Shown piece by piece: positions 33,719 through 46,742 of a stretch of 64,000 bases of DNA. The stretch comes from Nitrospirales bacterium. Lineage in GTDB: Bacteria; Nitrospirota; Nitrospiria; Nitrospirales; UBA8639. The stretch is from NCBI GenBank assembly GCA_965203295.1, contig CBDBCZ010000017.1, positions 2,176,001 to 2,240,000 of the forward strand, given 5' to 3'. Position 1 is the first letter of the stretch; the number at the start of each line of letters is the position of its first letter. A program made the position numbers and the translations under genes. The notes below the pieces were generated by a model. The model saw nothing but the letters and a program-made list of their open reading frames with translations. It ran no database searches and was not told the DNA's origin.

Positions 33719-36217
33719 TCGCCTGACATACAAATATATACGCCAATTAGCCTCGTTCCCAGACATTCACACCCCAGCTTTTATCTCACAGACATGGAGA
33801 AAAAGCGAGGGGGAAGTCCTGGTACCACTTATCACGTGCCATGCCCTAGGGTAGACTCAGATGAGGTTGGAAGCAATCACGTGTACGTCAATAAATGCAT
33901 AATGTCACGTATACCTAATAGCATTCCATTGAGAAAAATACGGAAGGTATGCAAAGGTATGTATACGGTATCTGCCCTAAAAAACGTTTCGTAGCTCGAC
34001 AAACTTTGAGGGGACGGGTGGGGACACCCCTCAAAAACCTCGGCTTGCAAGTATGGAGCTGTACTACAGAAGATTGGGCCTGAATGCAGTGGATTCTCAG
34101 TGAGCTCGCAAAATATTTCGTAAAGATACGGAAAGGTAGTGGCTTTACTACTCAGATTCTGGCTATTTTACTTTGAAAACTGCTAAACTTACTCGCGGAG
34201 AGGCTATTTTTGCTCCTCTCAGCCCGAGACGCTTTCTTTACATCATCAGACAGCATAGCCAATTGTATTCCACTACTAGTGCATGTGATCGCTTCCAACC
34301 TCCTCTGGGGTACGTAGACTTATATGCGACAGTACTTCAAATTTGCAAATGCTACCATCTACACCGCCATCCATCTCGTCTGTCACCCAACGAACCAGTC
34401 AAAGGAATAGTATTGGAAGGGATGCAACCTCAAAAGGTAGGAACAGTAACACAATACTACCATCCCTATACAACTACTTTGTGATAGTGAGGGACTAAGT
34501 TGAGCCTTTTGGCTCTCCAAAAATTGTATGCAGCATCTTCTCCCTGCACCAACCAATACTGCAGCTTGCTCCTTAAACACAGCCACTGGTAAAACACTTG
34601 TGGGTCTAGCAGCTACTCATAGGAAACTGGTCAATTGATAATTACAATGTCGCTAAAGCGGCACAGCAAGGGGCAAATGCAGCTAGGCAAAACACTTGTG
34701 GGTTTAGCCATGGAGTCTCTAAATAACAGAAGGAGCCAAGGGCTGCTAACTCCATGATTAATCTAGCAATGGGACATTGTCTGTTGGGTACTAGCAGGCT
34801 CATAGGCTGCCTTTAGCTACATGGAATCATTTACATATAGATATATAGCAGTGCGTGCAAGGTTGAAATGAGTGGGAGGGTTGATGTGCTTAATTACAAG
34901 CACCGGGTGATATTCTTATATCTCGGAAAACCACAATAGCTTGCAGATGATACCACATATCTTACATACAATCACTGATACATCACAGGTAATGTCGGTA
35001 CTAGCAAGTATAGTGTCCGAATCAGAAGACAGCTGATGTGGCAACAACACACACTCAGTTCCTTGTATGGAAAATGCAGCACTGTGAGCCCCTGCAACCC
35101 AACATCAGAACAGTGCATTCACATTTCAATCTTATTAGTGTGCTGTAAGCCCCCCCTCCCCCCCCCCCCCCCACTTCCTCTATGGCCTCTAAAGGCAGGC
35201 AACAAGCGGACAGCTATGCCAATGAATACTGTTAAGCAGGAGCATAGTAAGCTTGGTAATGTGATTGGTCAGCATCTCTTGCAGCTACAATGCCTATGGG
35301 TAGATCTGACTATACATGAAAAACAGAGTTAAGACTACAAAACAGCAGTCCATTTGTAAAGTGAGACAGTGTATTCTTGCTAGCATGAAAATTGAAGGTA
35401 TCCTAATCAGTATTACTACACTCACTAGCTTGAGGCCTAAAAAACTAAAACAGTCCTTATACCTATCCTAACCTACGGAACTATATCTACACTACTACAA
35501 CCCCTTACATTACAATCTAGTTAAGCATATGACCTATCAAGAACAATAAAATCGAAATGGGCAAATTAGAAAGTAGAAAAATAGAAAGTATGAAATAGAG
35601 AAATAGTGAGAAGAATAGAAAGAGTAGAAAGAGCTCTGATCGTAACCAAGAGAACCCGGGACCCGGAAAGAACCAGAGACCACCCAGCCCGTGACCGCAG
35701 AAAGTAAAAAATTTGAAAATACATGTAGTTAAAAAGTTTCTTAAAAAAGGTTAAAAAAGGGGACCAAATAGGTCTTCCCTCTGTTAAAAAACCTTTCGGA
35801 GAAATCCCATGGTCTGGGCTTAACTGTAAGGTCTTCCGGAGACCAGCAGGAGCCTCCTAGAAAAAGTTAAAAAGGTTAAAAAGCTTATGAAACATTAAAA
35901 ATTGTAAGAGCCGCCGAACCAAGCAGCCCCCAGCCCCACCCCCCCCCCCCCCCCCCCCCCCCCAGGGAGGAATGCTGCCAACTCCCCAGACAACTGCTAC
36001 ACTACTCACTGGTACAACTAGCACACTTGACTGGCCATGTGACTACTGAGACCTTGGTTACCAAAGGCCCACCCTGGTGACCCCCTCTACCAAGACACTA
36101 ACCATAGCACATCCAGTTCATCATGATCACAGCTCAGCAGACTCTCCCACCAGGGTGCTGTTGGGCTTCGCATCCTGAGGCTGAAACAAGGAGGGGAAGC
36201 TTAGCAGTTATTTTTCA

Positions 36218-36384
36218 GAGGTGCCATTATGTAGAGCAATCATAGCTACACACACTGTAGGTACAGTTTTGTAGAAAGTTTGCAAAGGTGCCATTATTTT
36301 TGTAGAAAGTTTGCAGAGGTGCCATTATGTAGAGCAATCATAGCTACACACACTGTCGGTACAGTTTTGTAGAAAGTTTGCAAA
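36218..36384 (+). repeat. Local tandem duplication (AGAGGTGCCATTATGTAGAGCAATCATAGCTACACACACTGT... x2 plus a partial unit)
   Basis: Direct repeats visible in sequence. Confidence 0.85.
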
Positions 36385-39170
36385 TAGGACAAGCAAACCA
36401 CAAATTTAAACGCAGCTAATAGGCCCTAATAGCTACTACACTGTAGATGAAAGACTCGTTACTACATGTAAGCTGGGCAGGCTTTGTGTTTCTACTCTAC
36501 AAAGTCTGTTGCAAGCTTTTTGCAAACCTCTGTATTAAACCTTAACGTTGTTCCCAGAATCCCAGTCAGACTCTTCCCGCAAGAGCGAACAACAAAAAAG
36601 CTACTCTCAGTACTTAGTTATTTGCTCGCGCGGCCGGGGAAAATAATTTGATAGAAACATGACTATATTATTATCCATGACAGAAACCTTGCAGCATTTC
36701 CCATGCGAGACCCTCCCTTTGTCCTACCTGGGTCATTCCCAGAGCGGTCGGACAGTAAACTTCGCTTCCCCTGGTCCTGCTCAAACGTTCTCCAGTTGTT
36801 GCGAGCGTCGAGTCGGCGTTCTTGTCCGGCCACGTGTGCGATAATAATCGTGTGACGTCAGAGGGATCTCTGCAGCGTAGTATTCACTATTGCAAGCAAA
36901 TTTTATACGATGTGGCCAGTCTTCCAGTTGTATGCCACCAGTAGAGTTTGGTCTCAACTGCGAAGAAGTCAAGAAAGACAGTCTAATAGCTGGGAGGACG
37001 CTTAGACTTTAGTCTATAACAGCAGTACTGGAGGCGGTGAGCTGTGACGCTGTTTGACAATAGATACGTACGTGTAGCCTCGCGTCAAGAGTCGGGTCAC
37101 GCGAGACTAAGATCCTCCTCGCTGAATGTGTCAGCCCACGAAACGTACAGCTGGAAGGCTTAAATTACAATGCATACGTGCACAGCATATAAGCTTACAT
37201 GTGCACATATTCAGTCTCTGTTCCCCGGCTTTATTTCCGCTCGTTCTCTGGGCAGGATTTTTAATAGAGGCCTGGAGGCTAACTGTTTGGTAAAGCTAGC
37301 TGTTTTGTGTCAGTATCGAGATACAGGCTAGTGCATGTGTGCATCTGGGCAGACATTCACTTCCTACTGGACCGTCAATAGCCATGTCCTAAAGTTAAAT
37401 TCCCCCACTTTGCAGGTTAGGCTGAAGTAAGTTTCCACATGAGTGGTGTTGTTATAGTGTGAGTCGCCACTGCACCCAGCCCCTCGCTGCAGTATGGCAA
37501 GTCGTCCAGAGCTGGTCTAGTCCAAAGGTAAAGTGAAATTGTGGGTGTGCATAGCTAATGACAAGGCTAATGACATCATAATTGGTGGCTGCACTAAGTT
37601 GTCCCAGTTGTGATTCATCACGCTCATAATTTTGAGATATTCAGCTGTCCATGCAAAATTTTAGCACCTGGTATTGCATGTAGGTTGTAGAACAATTCTA
37701 AAGCAACTTTAGGAGGGAACTCCAAACTAGGTTGGTCCAAAATAATGCCATGATGTGATGAGTTTTGTCCCCCAGCTGATATCTACTGCTGTGATTGTTG
37801 CTTTCCTTGTGACCTACAAGGATGGTAATTTACATGTCCAGCCATGCTAACATGGTATTCATGTTTCATCATAGTCCTTAATTAGCCCCTCCTCCCCTTA
37901 ATCACATTTCAGCAAAACAAATACGATCAAAACTGTACTAAACTTGGTAGTACCCAAAACTGAAGCCGAATTTCCTCTCTGAACCACCACAGACAACCTT
38001 TGGAGAATTAAAGCAAATGCATTGCGCTGTGATGTGTGGGTAGTCTGTGCATGCATTGCGATGTGCATTGTCACTTGTTTCATTGCTTTTTGGGGAAGTG
38101 TTTTTTGATGGAAGTGCATCCCTACATGACTTGTTTTTGCACTTTTAGCAAAGTGCTTTTTCTGTAACTTAATATAACAATCAAAGTTTAACAGACCATT
38201 TGTCCCGAAAGTCTGTCCACACATGCGCAGACTGGTGAAACTTGCTGTAGACCCAGTCCCAGTAACTATAACTCGGTCACAGCACACTCCATGCAGAGCT
38301 GAGGTATTGTGTATATAATTATAGGACTTAGTGCTACAGCAATGCACAAAACCTATAGGTGTTCACCACTTAAAACACTAGGCTGAGAGATGATCAACTA
38401 TTAAGTGCCTCTATTCTTTTAATGATACCTTGGACCTCTAAGAAATTAGACACAAACACGGTAAATGGGATAAGGTGCTGATCAGGAAAAGCACATGTAG
38501 CTAAACTAACTTCTGTCACTTGCCATGTATAATTTCATCTTCAGTTATAGGGATTGTTTTTTTTTTGTTGTTGTCAGTTATAGGAATTAGTTGTTGTTCG
38601 CGTTTGTTGTCATGTAGTTGCAAAGGTTCAATGGGTTCTCTCAGATACAACCACGCAGAGACCACCATATTAAGCTGTGGCACCATCTGTTCTGTGTTCT
38701 TTATAACCAAACTGTGTGAACTTGCTTATAGTCCTATGATACAATCCGATTCAAATTCATAGGTTGGATGGCATGATTTGGGAAACAGCAAATGGAAACA
38801 AAGTTCTCATGTTGACAAAGTAAAGAGAGTTGATTGAAGTCATCTTCTATGAGTGTCAAAGGATTGGTTGAAACCATTTCCAAGCATAAATATACATAAC
38901 ATAGTAAACTGAATTCTCAAATATTATTGTGCTACTTGCATGCTTAGCTATTCAGCATCATAATGGCTAAGGTTTTTTCTGACTGAATTCAATATATTAA
39001 GCGTGAAAACTGAAACACTGCATGGTGCACAAAAATGAAAGAGGGAATGACTGTTGCAATATCTACTCTACTATATAATTGTTTGAGGCAAATTGGGATC
39101 AGGTGGCAATAAAAAAAACATCAGACAAAAATATGTACACATTTTAGTTATACAGTTTTCACAGACAGAG

Positions 39171-40227
39171 TTAGTATGCATAGTCGTAAACATGTTCCAT
39201 ACTTTGATTGTGAACTGTTTTGTGTAGTTCCTCATAAACTGCATGGCTGCCATCGTTAGTATTTAAGTCAGCAGTACCACCCTCTAACTCAGTCTCTACA
39301 TAGGCCATGTTCCGAGCTGATGGATTGATGGCAGTGTATGCATCATGGCTGCTGTCAAAACTGTCCTCTCTATTTAAGGCATTGCCACCCTGTAACTCAG
39401 TCACTGCATAGGCCATGTTCCAAGCTGCTGGAATGCTGTCACTGTTTGTTGAGTATGCCATATTCCTCTCTGTAGTAGTGACTGCGGTGTATGCATCATT
39501 TCTGACCATTTCAAATGGTTCTTTTCTTTCGGAAACTGCACCAGTATGAGATGATGGAACAACATCGGCATTGCAAACATCATTCTGGTCAGTTCCTTCT
39601 GAAGTAATTTCATTATCCCCACTTCTGTCTCCGACTGAGCTCTCTGTGAGTGGATTTCCATACACTTCTCCGAATGCACTTATCTCGGACACACTAGATA
39701 TTTGTTTCACTACCTGTTCTGAAGTTGTGAATTGTAGATCACTGTTAAACTTTCTGAGAGTTACATGTTGTGACGTTGATCCTGTGCCACTAGATGAAAT
39801 CAGTGGATATCTGCCCTTGATGTGTGATGGGGTGTGTGATTGGAAAGTTTGCCTGACATTGTAACGGCCACGACACAAAATCCTTCTCCACGATACTCTT
39901 GCGTCTTTGTTAAGCACGCAGAAGAACAAAAAGAGAAAGAAACCCTGGGAAGAATTGAATATGGCAAAAAGGATTTGGAAAGCCAGCGAGGTTTCACTCA
40001 CGACAGTCAGGCCGCCAAATACCCACGTCAGTCCTAGCAGAAACGTGACACCAATCAGTCTCAGAATTAAACTGATGGTGGAAGTTCCGTTGGCCTCAGC
40101 TTTTTTCCTTCTGTGCTTGATAGCAGTTCTTGCTACAATTACAAACACTATGGAATTGAATATCAGAATGGCAGCAATGGGTGCAATGAAGGCTCCAAAC
40201 AAAACCCGAATATCTCCAATGAAGCAG
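39171..40227 (-). CDS. aGPCR last exon: TM5-TM7 and cytoplasmic tail
   Basis: CFIGDIRVLFGAFIAP, LLGLTWVFG, FAIFNSSQGFFLFLFFCVLNKDAR (class B2 TM7 motif). Confidence 0.92.
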
Positions 40228-40474
40228 CTACAGTGTAGTGAGATAAAATTAATGACATTATTTTAACAAGGAACAGGGAATGGGTGAGAAACCACTATGT
40301 ACCAAGACACAACTGCACATGCAGCATGAGAAAAAGACGTTTGGTTCATCAATCATTAGTACATGCCCGCCCACCAGTAATGATAGGTCAAGCACTGGTA
40401 AGGGTTTTTTTTATGACTCCAGCTAATTATGTATAAGTAATTACTAAATAGTAACTACTAGTAAAGTTACTTAC

Positions 40475-40946
40475 TCCAACAGATAATTGAGGCAGCAACA
40501 ATGTGTCTTGTAGTGACGTGGACATGTACAATTATTAGCTTTGCAAACATGAACAGGGCCTCTGCTCCCATCCACATGAATGCTACCAGGGTGCAGTACT
40601 GGATCAGGGCCGACACTGTCACACAACCTCTATAGGGATACGTAGGTGGGACTCGATCGATGCCAATCACAAATACTAACAGCATGCAAAAAATAGCAAT
40701 GCAGAGCTGAACATGAAACTTGGTAGCCTCAAGTTTACATAAAAGTTCTGAGAAGGAGAGAAATGACAAGTGAACAAATTGGCTATTAATAATGCTACCA
40801 TAGACTTACTGGAATGCAAGGAGTGTGGTGATAGTCAATATAATGCCTATCAGAGATAGGACAACTCCAACGATGGAAATGACATCTAAGGCCAGCTCAG
40901 CTCCAGCAGACAGTTGGCTGCACCCATCCCTTCTAATACAAATATC
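40475..40946 (-). CDS. aGPCR TM1 exon (40946-40810) and TM2-TM4 exon (~40747-40475)
   Basis: ALDVISIVGVVLSLIGIILTI; KFHVQLCIAIF; CVTVSALIQYCTLVAFMWMGAEA. Confidence 0.88.
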
Positions 40947-41299
40947 CTACAGTGTACAGGAGGCCCAGCTCAGCTCCAGCAGACAGTTGGCTGCACCCAT
41001 CCCTTCTAATACAAATATCCTACAGTGTACAGGAGGCCTATCAATGTCACATGTTAGTTGATGATATGTGTGCTGTTACAAAGTAATAGAATGCCACACC
41101 GGACAATCTTTCTCTTAGATAGAGAGGGCCAGGACAGAAGCTTATGTGAAACTTGGGAATTCCGATTAGAAAAGGGTATTGCAGTGATATCGCTTACTAA
41201 CGTGTAACTATTCACTGTACACAACACTTATATAAAACTGGCCAAATGCTATGAAGAAAGACCACAGAAGGGTTGGAATCACTTTTTCTATATACTCAC

Positions 41300-41522
41300 C
41301 ACCAGAACAGCAAAGTTTGTTATATGATTACAGCGGCAAGTAACTTCATCTGGAGCATCACCCTTCTCCGTCTCACACCCCTCAGAAGTCCAATTACCAC
41401 GTCCATCTGAGCGAAAACGTATTCATTGTATCACTATGATTCATACTACCAGAGCTTCTCTGAGGAGACATATTACCTGCAAGGCTGAAATCCCAAGATA
41501 CACACGTGCAGCGTGTAATACT
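41300..41522 (-). CDS. aGPCR GPS exons (41522-41477, 41406-41300)
   Basis: CVSWDF...GNWTSEGC...TCRCNHI/TNFAVLV, a canonical GPS autoproteolysis motif. Confidence 0.93.
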
Positions 41523-44500
41523 CTGCAATGCAAGGAGAAATGAAAGCATAAGGCTTGAAGTATTTAGCAAATAAAAACGTGCACAACTCACTCCTTCCAG
41601 GACTGGGTTCAGCCGCACAGCAGCAATGACAGGTTCTCTCAAGTCAGGGAATGAAGTTTGCTCTGCTGTAACCACTGTAGCAGCAACCACGGGAGAACCT
41701 AAACTTCTATGGGTGCTTATTCTCGAGGGGCGCTTACTATCGGGATAAGTTGTTGTAGTTTAATTGGGTGCCTATATTCATGGGGTGCTTATTTTCGATG
41801 GGTGCTTATTATCCCGATTCTACGGTATTCTGGTTATAACACCTACTGCTGTGGTTGTACTTGGCACATTAGCCACTGGAAAAAATGTGGCGCTCTCATA
41901 GAGCGAGAAAAACAGACCAATTTCATCATCAGCAATGTTTTCAAACAGTGAGGCAGGCAGCAAGGCAAGACCAATCTCTTCGGGGGCGAGCGTGTCATTA
42001 AGAAAACCTCCAGTTATGGAACGCAGATCTAGAGTCTCTATACCATGATAAGAATCCACTTTAAATATATGAATGATACCATTGCAGATGTCATAACATA
42101 TTTGTAAGTAATATTTGCTCACAATACAATACACTGTACCATTATCATCCCTTGAGATAACAAATCCTCTTCCATTAGACTGAAGAGGTAACTGTTCAAC
42201 CTAAAAGAAGAGAAAAATAATTTTTGTTAATGACAGAAAACAGTGCAAGCATGCATGTGCATGCACATACCCTCTCTGCTATTAAAGTAGTGTTTTCCTC
42301 AAATACTGTAAGGTTGGTGAAGTTTCCTTGTCGCACAGTATCAATGAGAGCTGCTTCAAGATTTTGAATTATTCTATGGAAATACATGAAGAATACTTAC
42401 ACTATCATAAATGTAGCCTTTTAATGTAACCTACTCAGGCCCATCTTCTGCAATAACTTCTTCCGGCCAACTCTGAAGGGAATCCACTATTGCAACAGCA
42501 TTAGTCACAGTCTACATTGAAAACAATGGAGTAAAAATAGCCGCAAGCTCGTACATGAATGATACAACAAGCCAGCATATCAGACAGATAGTTGTTTATA
42601 CACAGTCCAGTAATCATGCAAGGACTGCACAGCCAAGGGCAAGTGCAACAAGTGAACTGAGGTTTGAGTATAAAAGTGAGAGATGTCAATCTAAAAAAAC
42701 CATGGCCAGCTGGCGAGAAAACAGACCAATTTCATCATCAGTAATGTTTTCAAACAGTGAGGCAGGCAACGCCACATTTTTTTCAAGTGGCTGGTTGAGA
42801 CATTGCTAAACCTATCAGCCATCAGGTTGGCACACTGTATCACATACCTAACAGTAAGCCATGGAAAATCAGAGAGACAAGATGAGCTGACTGAAATCAT
42901 GAATTGCTAGATTTCGTCCAGCTCAGTGATAACTGGGAACTGTGACATGTGTCTGCTTAGTGTAGAAGGTCATGAATATCCAGTGACAGGTGAACTGACT
43001 TACCTGCTCATCAATATTAAAAGCTGAGTCACTCAAGTTAGCAATGCTATTGAAGCCCAGGGTTACAACTTGTAGGTTTTCCATAGTCTGCTCATCTGGG
43101 TCATCAGCTAAACTGATAACTGTAGCCAATTCTTCAATAATGTCATTGAGGTCCTCGGCAGTGAGATTTTCCTGCATGAGCAAAATTATTCTGTATGCTT
43201 ATCTTATTAAAATATACAACAGTGCATTATGCTTATCTTATACGGCATCATTAAAATATATAACAGTGTGTGGTGCAGTGAACTTACATTTGTCTTCTAT
43301 TTCAGAGAGTCTAGACATGATAGTGCCTAACATGATCAAGCAAATGAGTGTAAATCAAGGGCCACTCACAAAAAAGAGAGGGAAAAAACTGTAGTTACAT
43401 TGGGAAATTTTCACTCGTAGAAATATTCATCTGTTAAATTTTTACATTGTTCTATTATTGCCGCTTTTTAAGACCAAAAGTGTAACTTCATTGGTCGGCG
43501 TTAAATGTTTTTACATGTTTAGTTTTCATCGTCGTAGGGCACTGACGAACTTTATTAATGACGGAAAGTTCCCGATCTATAGTATAGATCTATCACTGTG
43601 ATTCTTGTGTAAATAATTTGGGAAGTAAAAGGCCAAACATCATGAACTATATGGTTTAGGACAATATGGCGAGACATTGCTCTCGTGGGCAGTATTTTCC
43701 CTCACCTGCTGCCCGGGAAAAATACTTGTACACATTCATACAATATCTCACCATATTGCCCACTAACCCAGGTAATAAGGTGTATTTATAACAGTTTTTG
43801 GGCTTCTATGCAGATGAGATTGCAGTGGCACCTGTGTCCAAAAGCATTACAACCAGATGGTAGCTATAATCCACAAGCATGACAGTCACATGTGTAGTTT
43901 AATTACATATATGGAAACAAACACATGTGCATGCATGCCGTGTCCTAGTTACCTATAGATCAACTATATAGCCACATTATTATGATAACACTCTACATAG
44001 CCAGCTGAAATGTACCAACAGCTTCACCAAACAAGTCTGTGGTCCAGCCTGGTCCCATTTGTAAATTATGCAGCACAGGGTAAGTCTCTCAGAGATTTTT
44101 ATGTATTTGGTAATAGCAGCTGAATCCTTGCACTGTGAGAGTGCTACCTTTGCCCTAAATTGTACAGAAAGAAGCTCACCAACTAACTTACTAATTGCTT
44201 ATGGTATCTGGTGCCACAGCAGTGCTAGTGCACATGGCTTTATAGACAATGTCTGACTTCTTAGAGCTGGCTTTTGTAAACCAAACTCCCCCTGTTACAC
44301 AGTAGCTACACAAACCAATCATGATTTTAAAGCCTCGTTCCAAGCCTCCACCCAGCTTTGTCGCTTGAAATATGTTAAGCAGGGAGTAGGCCTGAGTGAT
44401 TCTATCATGTGAGCAATGTTACAGTAATTAAAACCAGAGAATGCAGTTGGCCCATGCATTTAATTTGCTACCCTAGAAAGGTTAGTAATAGCTATTACAC

Positions 44501-44847
44501 AGCTAACCGAGAATGCCTTCAGTGAGGTGGAATGTTTTGACTGAGCATATGCACTCACTGCGTACATGAACCACTTCAGAAAGAGTACAAGGCACACAGT
44601 GACTACTGGTTAGTATCAATATATACAGCTACATGTAAAACATTACAAATGCTACACAGTGGATCGATTCTGGTTGTGCATAGAGGCTACAGTCCTTGTA
44701 TGCCTATAGTTGTTTCTATAGAACATGAAAAGTGGCTTCCAGCCCGGTTAATAAATCAGGAGTTCACATTGTGGATTGTGTTGCCACGTTACGATTGTTG
44801 TATATCCATGCATTATATGGACCACGTGAACATTTACAACAACTTAC

Positions 44848-45309
44848 CATCATCGTCAGTAATGGAGATGGGAGCTAAAGCTGTTTGCAATGAGACTTGC
44901 CCCCTGGGGTTGCTTTGTAGACTCAAGGAAACAGTGAACATTTCCTCAAATTCAATTAAGTCATCATCAATGATTGTAATATTAAAACACTGCGGGGATA
45001 ACAGGTTAGCGGAATCAAATGTCAGAGTCATGACTGCTGGTGAGAAAGTCCAGGCGTAGTCCTCACCACAACCTTTGTGAAGAGAGACGACATATTAGCT
45101 TATGATCTCCATCAACTACTAGTATAATTCATGTGATGATCATATACCTATCGCTGTTCCATCAGATAGTGCTATGTCAACCTCATAGCTTTCACCAGCA
45201 ATGTCATTGAGGTTTCCAGTACCCACTGAACCGGAAACGCACACCTCCACATTAGGAACACCTTCCGTTCCATCATAGCTGGTTGCATCAAGGGTCAGGA
45301 AAACAGCGG
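44848..45309 (-). CDS. aGPCR Calx-beta exons (45309-45148, 45072-44848)
   Basis: SYDGTEG..VEVCV...DGTA...DY...LTF...CFNITIIDDDLIEFEEMFTVSL...ISITDDD. Confidence 0.88.
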
Positions 45310-45849
45310 CTAGGAAATGATTATTAATTCAACATTGGTACATTCTCCCATTTTTTATTGACAGCCAAAACATTATACAGAATAGTACATGTATGAATAG
45401 TATATTATAATATTATTGTGGCTACAAGAGAATCTCATACATGCATACATGTATCCCTGAAATATAATGTTTTGGCTGTCAATAAAAAATGGGAGAATGT
45501 ACCAATGTTGAATTAATAAAGCTTGACATGTGGAGAATATAACTGCTTTGATCACTACCAGGTACACAATGTATGCGTTTGGGATTTTGCTATAGGCAAT
45601 CATTTAGCCATGTAATTGTACTGGACAGACGGACAAATAATAGAATGATATAATAAACAGATGGACAAACCAATTGCTTTATTGCTGGCCTCAGTCCCAT
45701 GGCCAGGTTAAACTACTTAAGATGAACAGGGACAGCTAGCCTTGGTCATAGTGTATACTGTATACTACCCAACGATAAAGTTTTAAGCTAAAAGGAGGCG
45801 TATATATATACTACCCAAGTATAAAGGAAAAGGGGGGAAAATAATAAAC

Positions 45850-46359
45850 TAGGCCTAATCACTACTCAAGTATAAAGTACACTGGGCGAGTGCAAAGTTT
45901 GTTGGGTGAGCAGAGCATTAGAGTTTCACAACTCAGTCTGTCACAAGAATAGTGACAAAATAACTCTGCAATCAATCACGACCTTGACTGGAATATTTTC
46001 GTGAGCTAGGCTGTTGCTTATACTATAGACTAGTGACGATTCATTCATTGGCAATGCTAAGCTATGAAAAGCGTCTGGTCGTCAAAAGATTGGCATCTCT
46101 GTGTGCAGCATAGTCTTAAGGGTCAGCCAAAACAATTTTAAACTATACCGTACTTATACATTTGTCGCTAGTCTAGCACTAGCCTGGCTCGCGAAAATAT
46201 CCCAACCTTGCCACGCCCAGATCCGAATTGATTACTTAATCATTTCCTCGCTATCCTTGTGACAGACAACGTGAGTGCAATATACGTTGGATGAGCAGAT
46301 CACTATAGGGTTTCACAACTCACCCACTGTACTTTATACTTAGGTAGTGTTTAGGCTTA
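45850..46359. mobile_element. Intronic long-TIR MITE
   Basis: TAGGCCTAATCACTACTCAAGTATAAAGTACA and its near reverse complement at the other end; inner inverted segments too. Confidence 0.75.
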
Positions 46360-46742
46360 CATATATTATATGCAATGATTATAACTTCTGGGAAGTTGTT
46401 ACATATAAAAGGATTGTTGAACACTAGAGAAGATATCCATACTGACCAAACCCTGGTCATGTAAGGCATGTTAATATTGTCCCCTACCAGGTATTATGTG
46501 AACTATGGATGGCATTGCAGTTTCCACGATTCTGTACTATTACAATAACACACTGCACACTCAATCTCTACTTGGTGTATCTCATACATTATGCAGACCA
46601 TTTAAGCCTTCAATACATAGAAGTACATACGAACCACTTGTAGTTTTGGCAATGCATGTATGGACTTTTGACACTTCGGAGATGGAATGTTAAAGTATCT
46701 GCATCAAAAGTTTTGCTTACAAACTGTGTTATTATCACTTAC

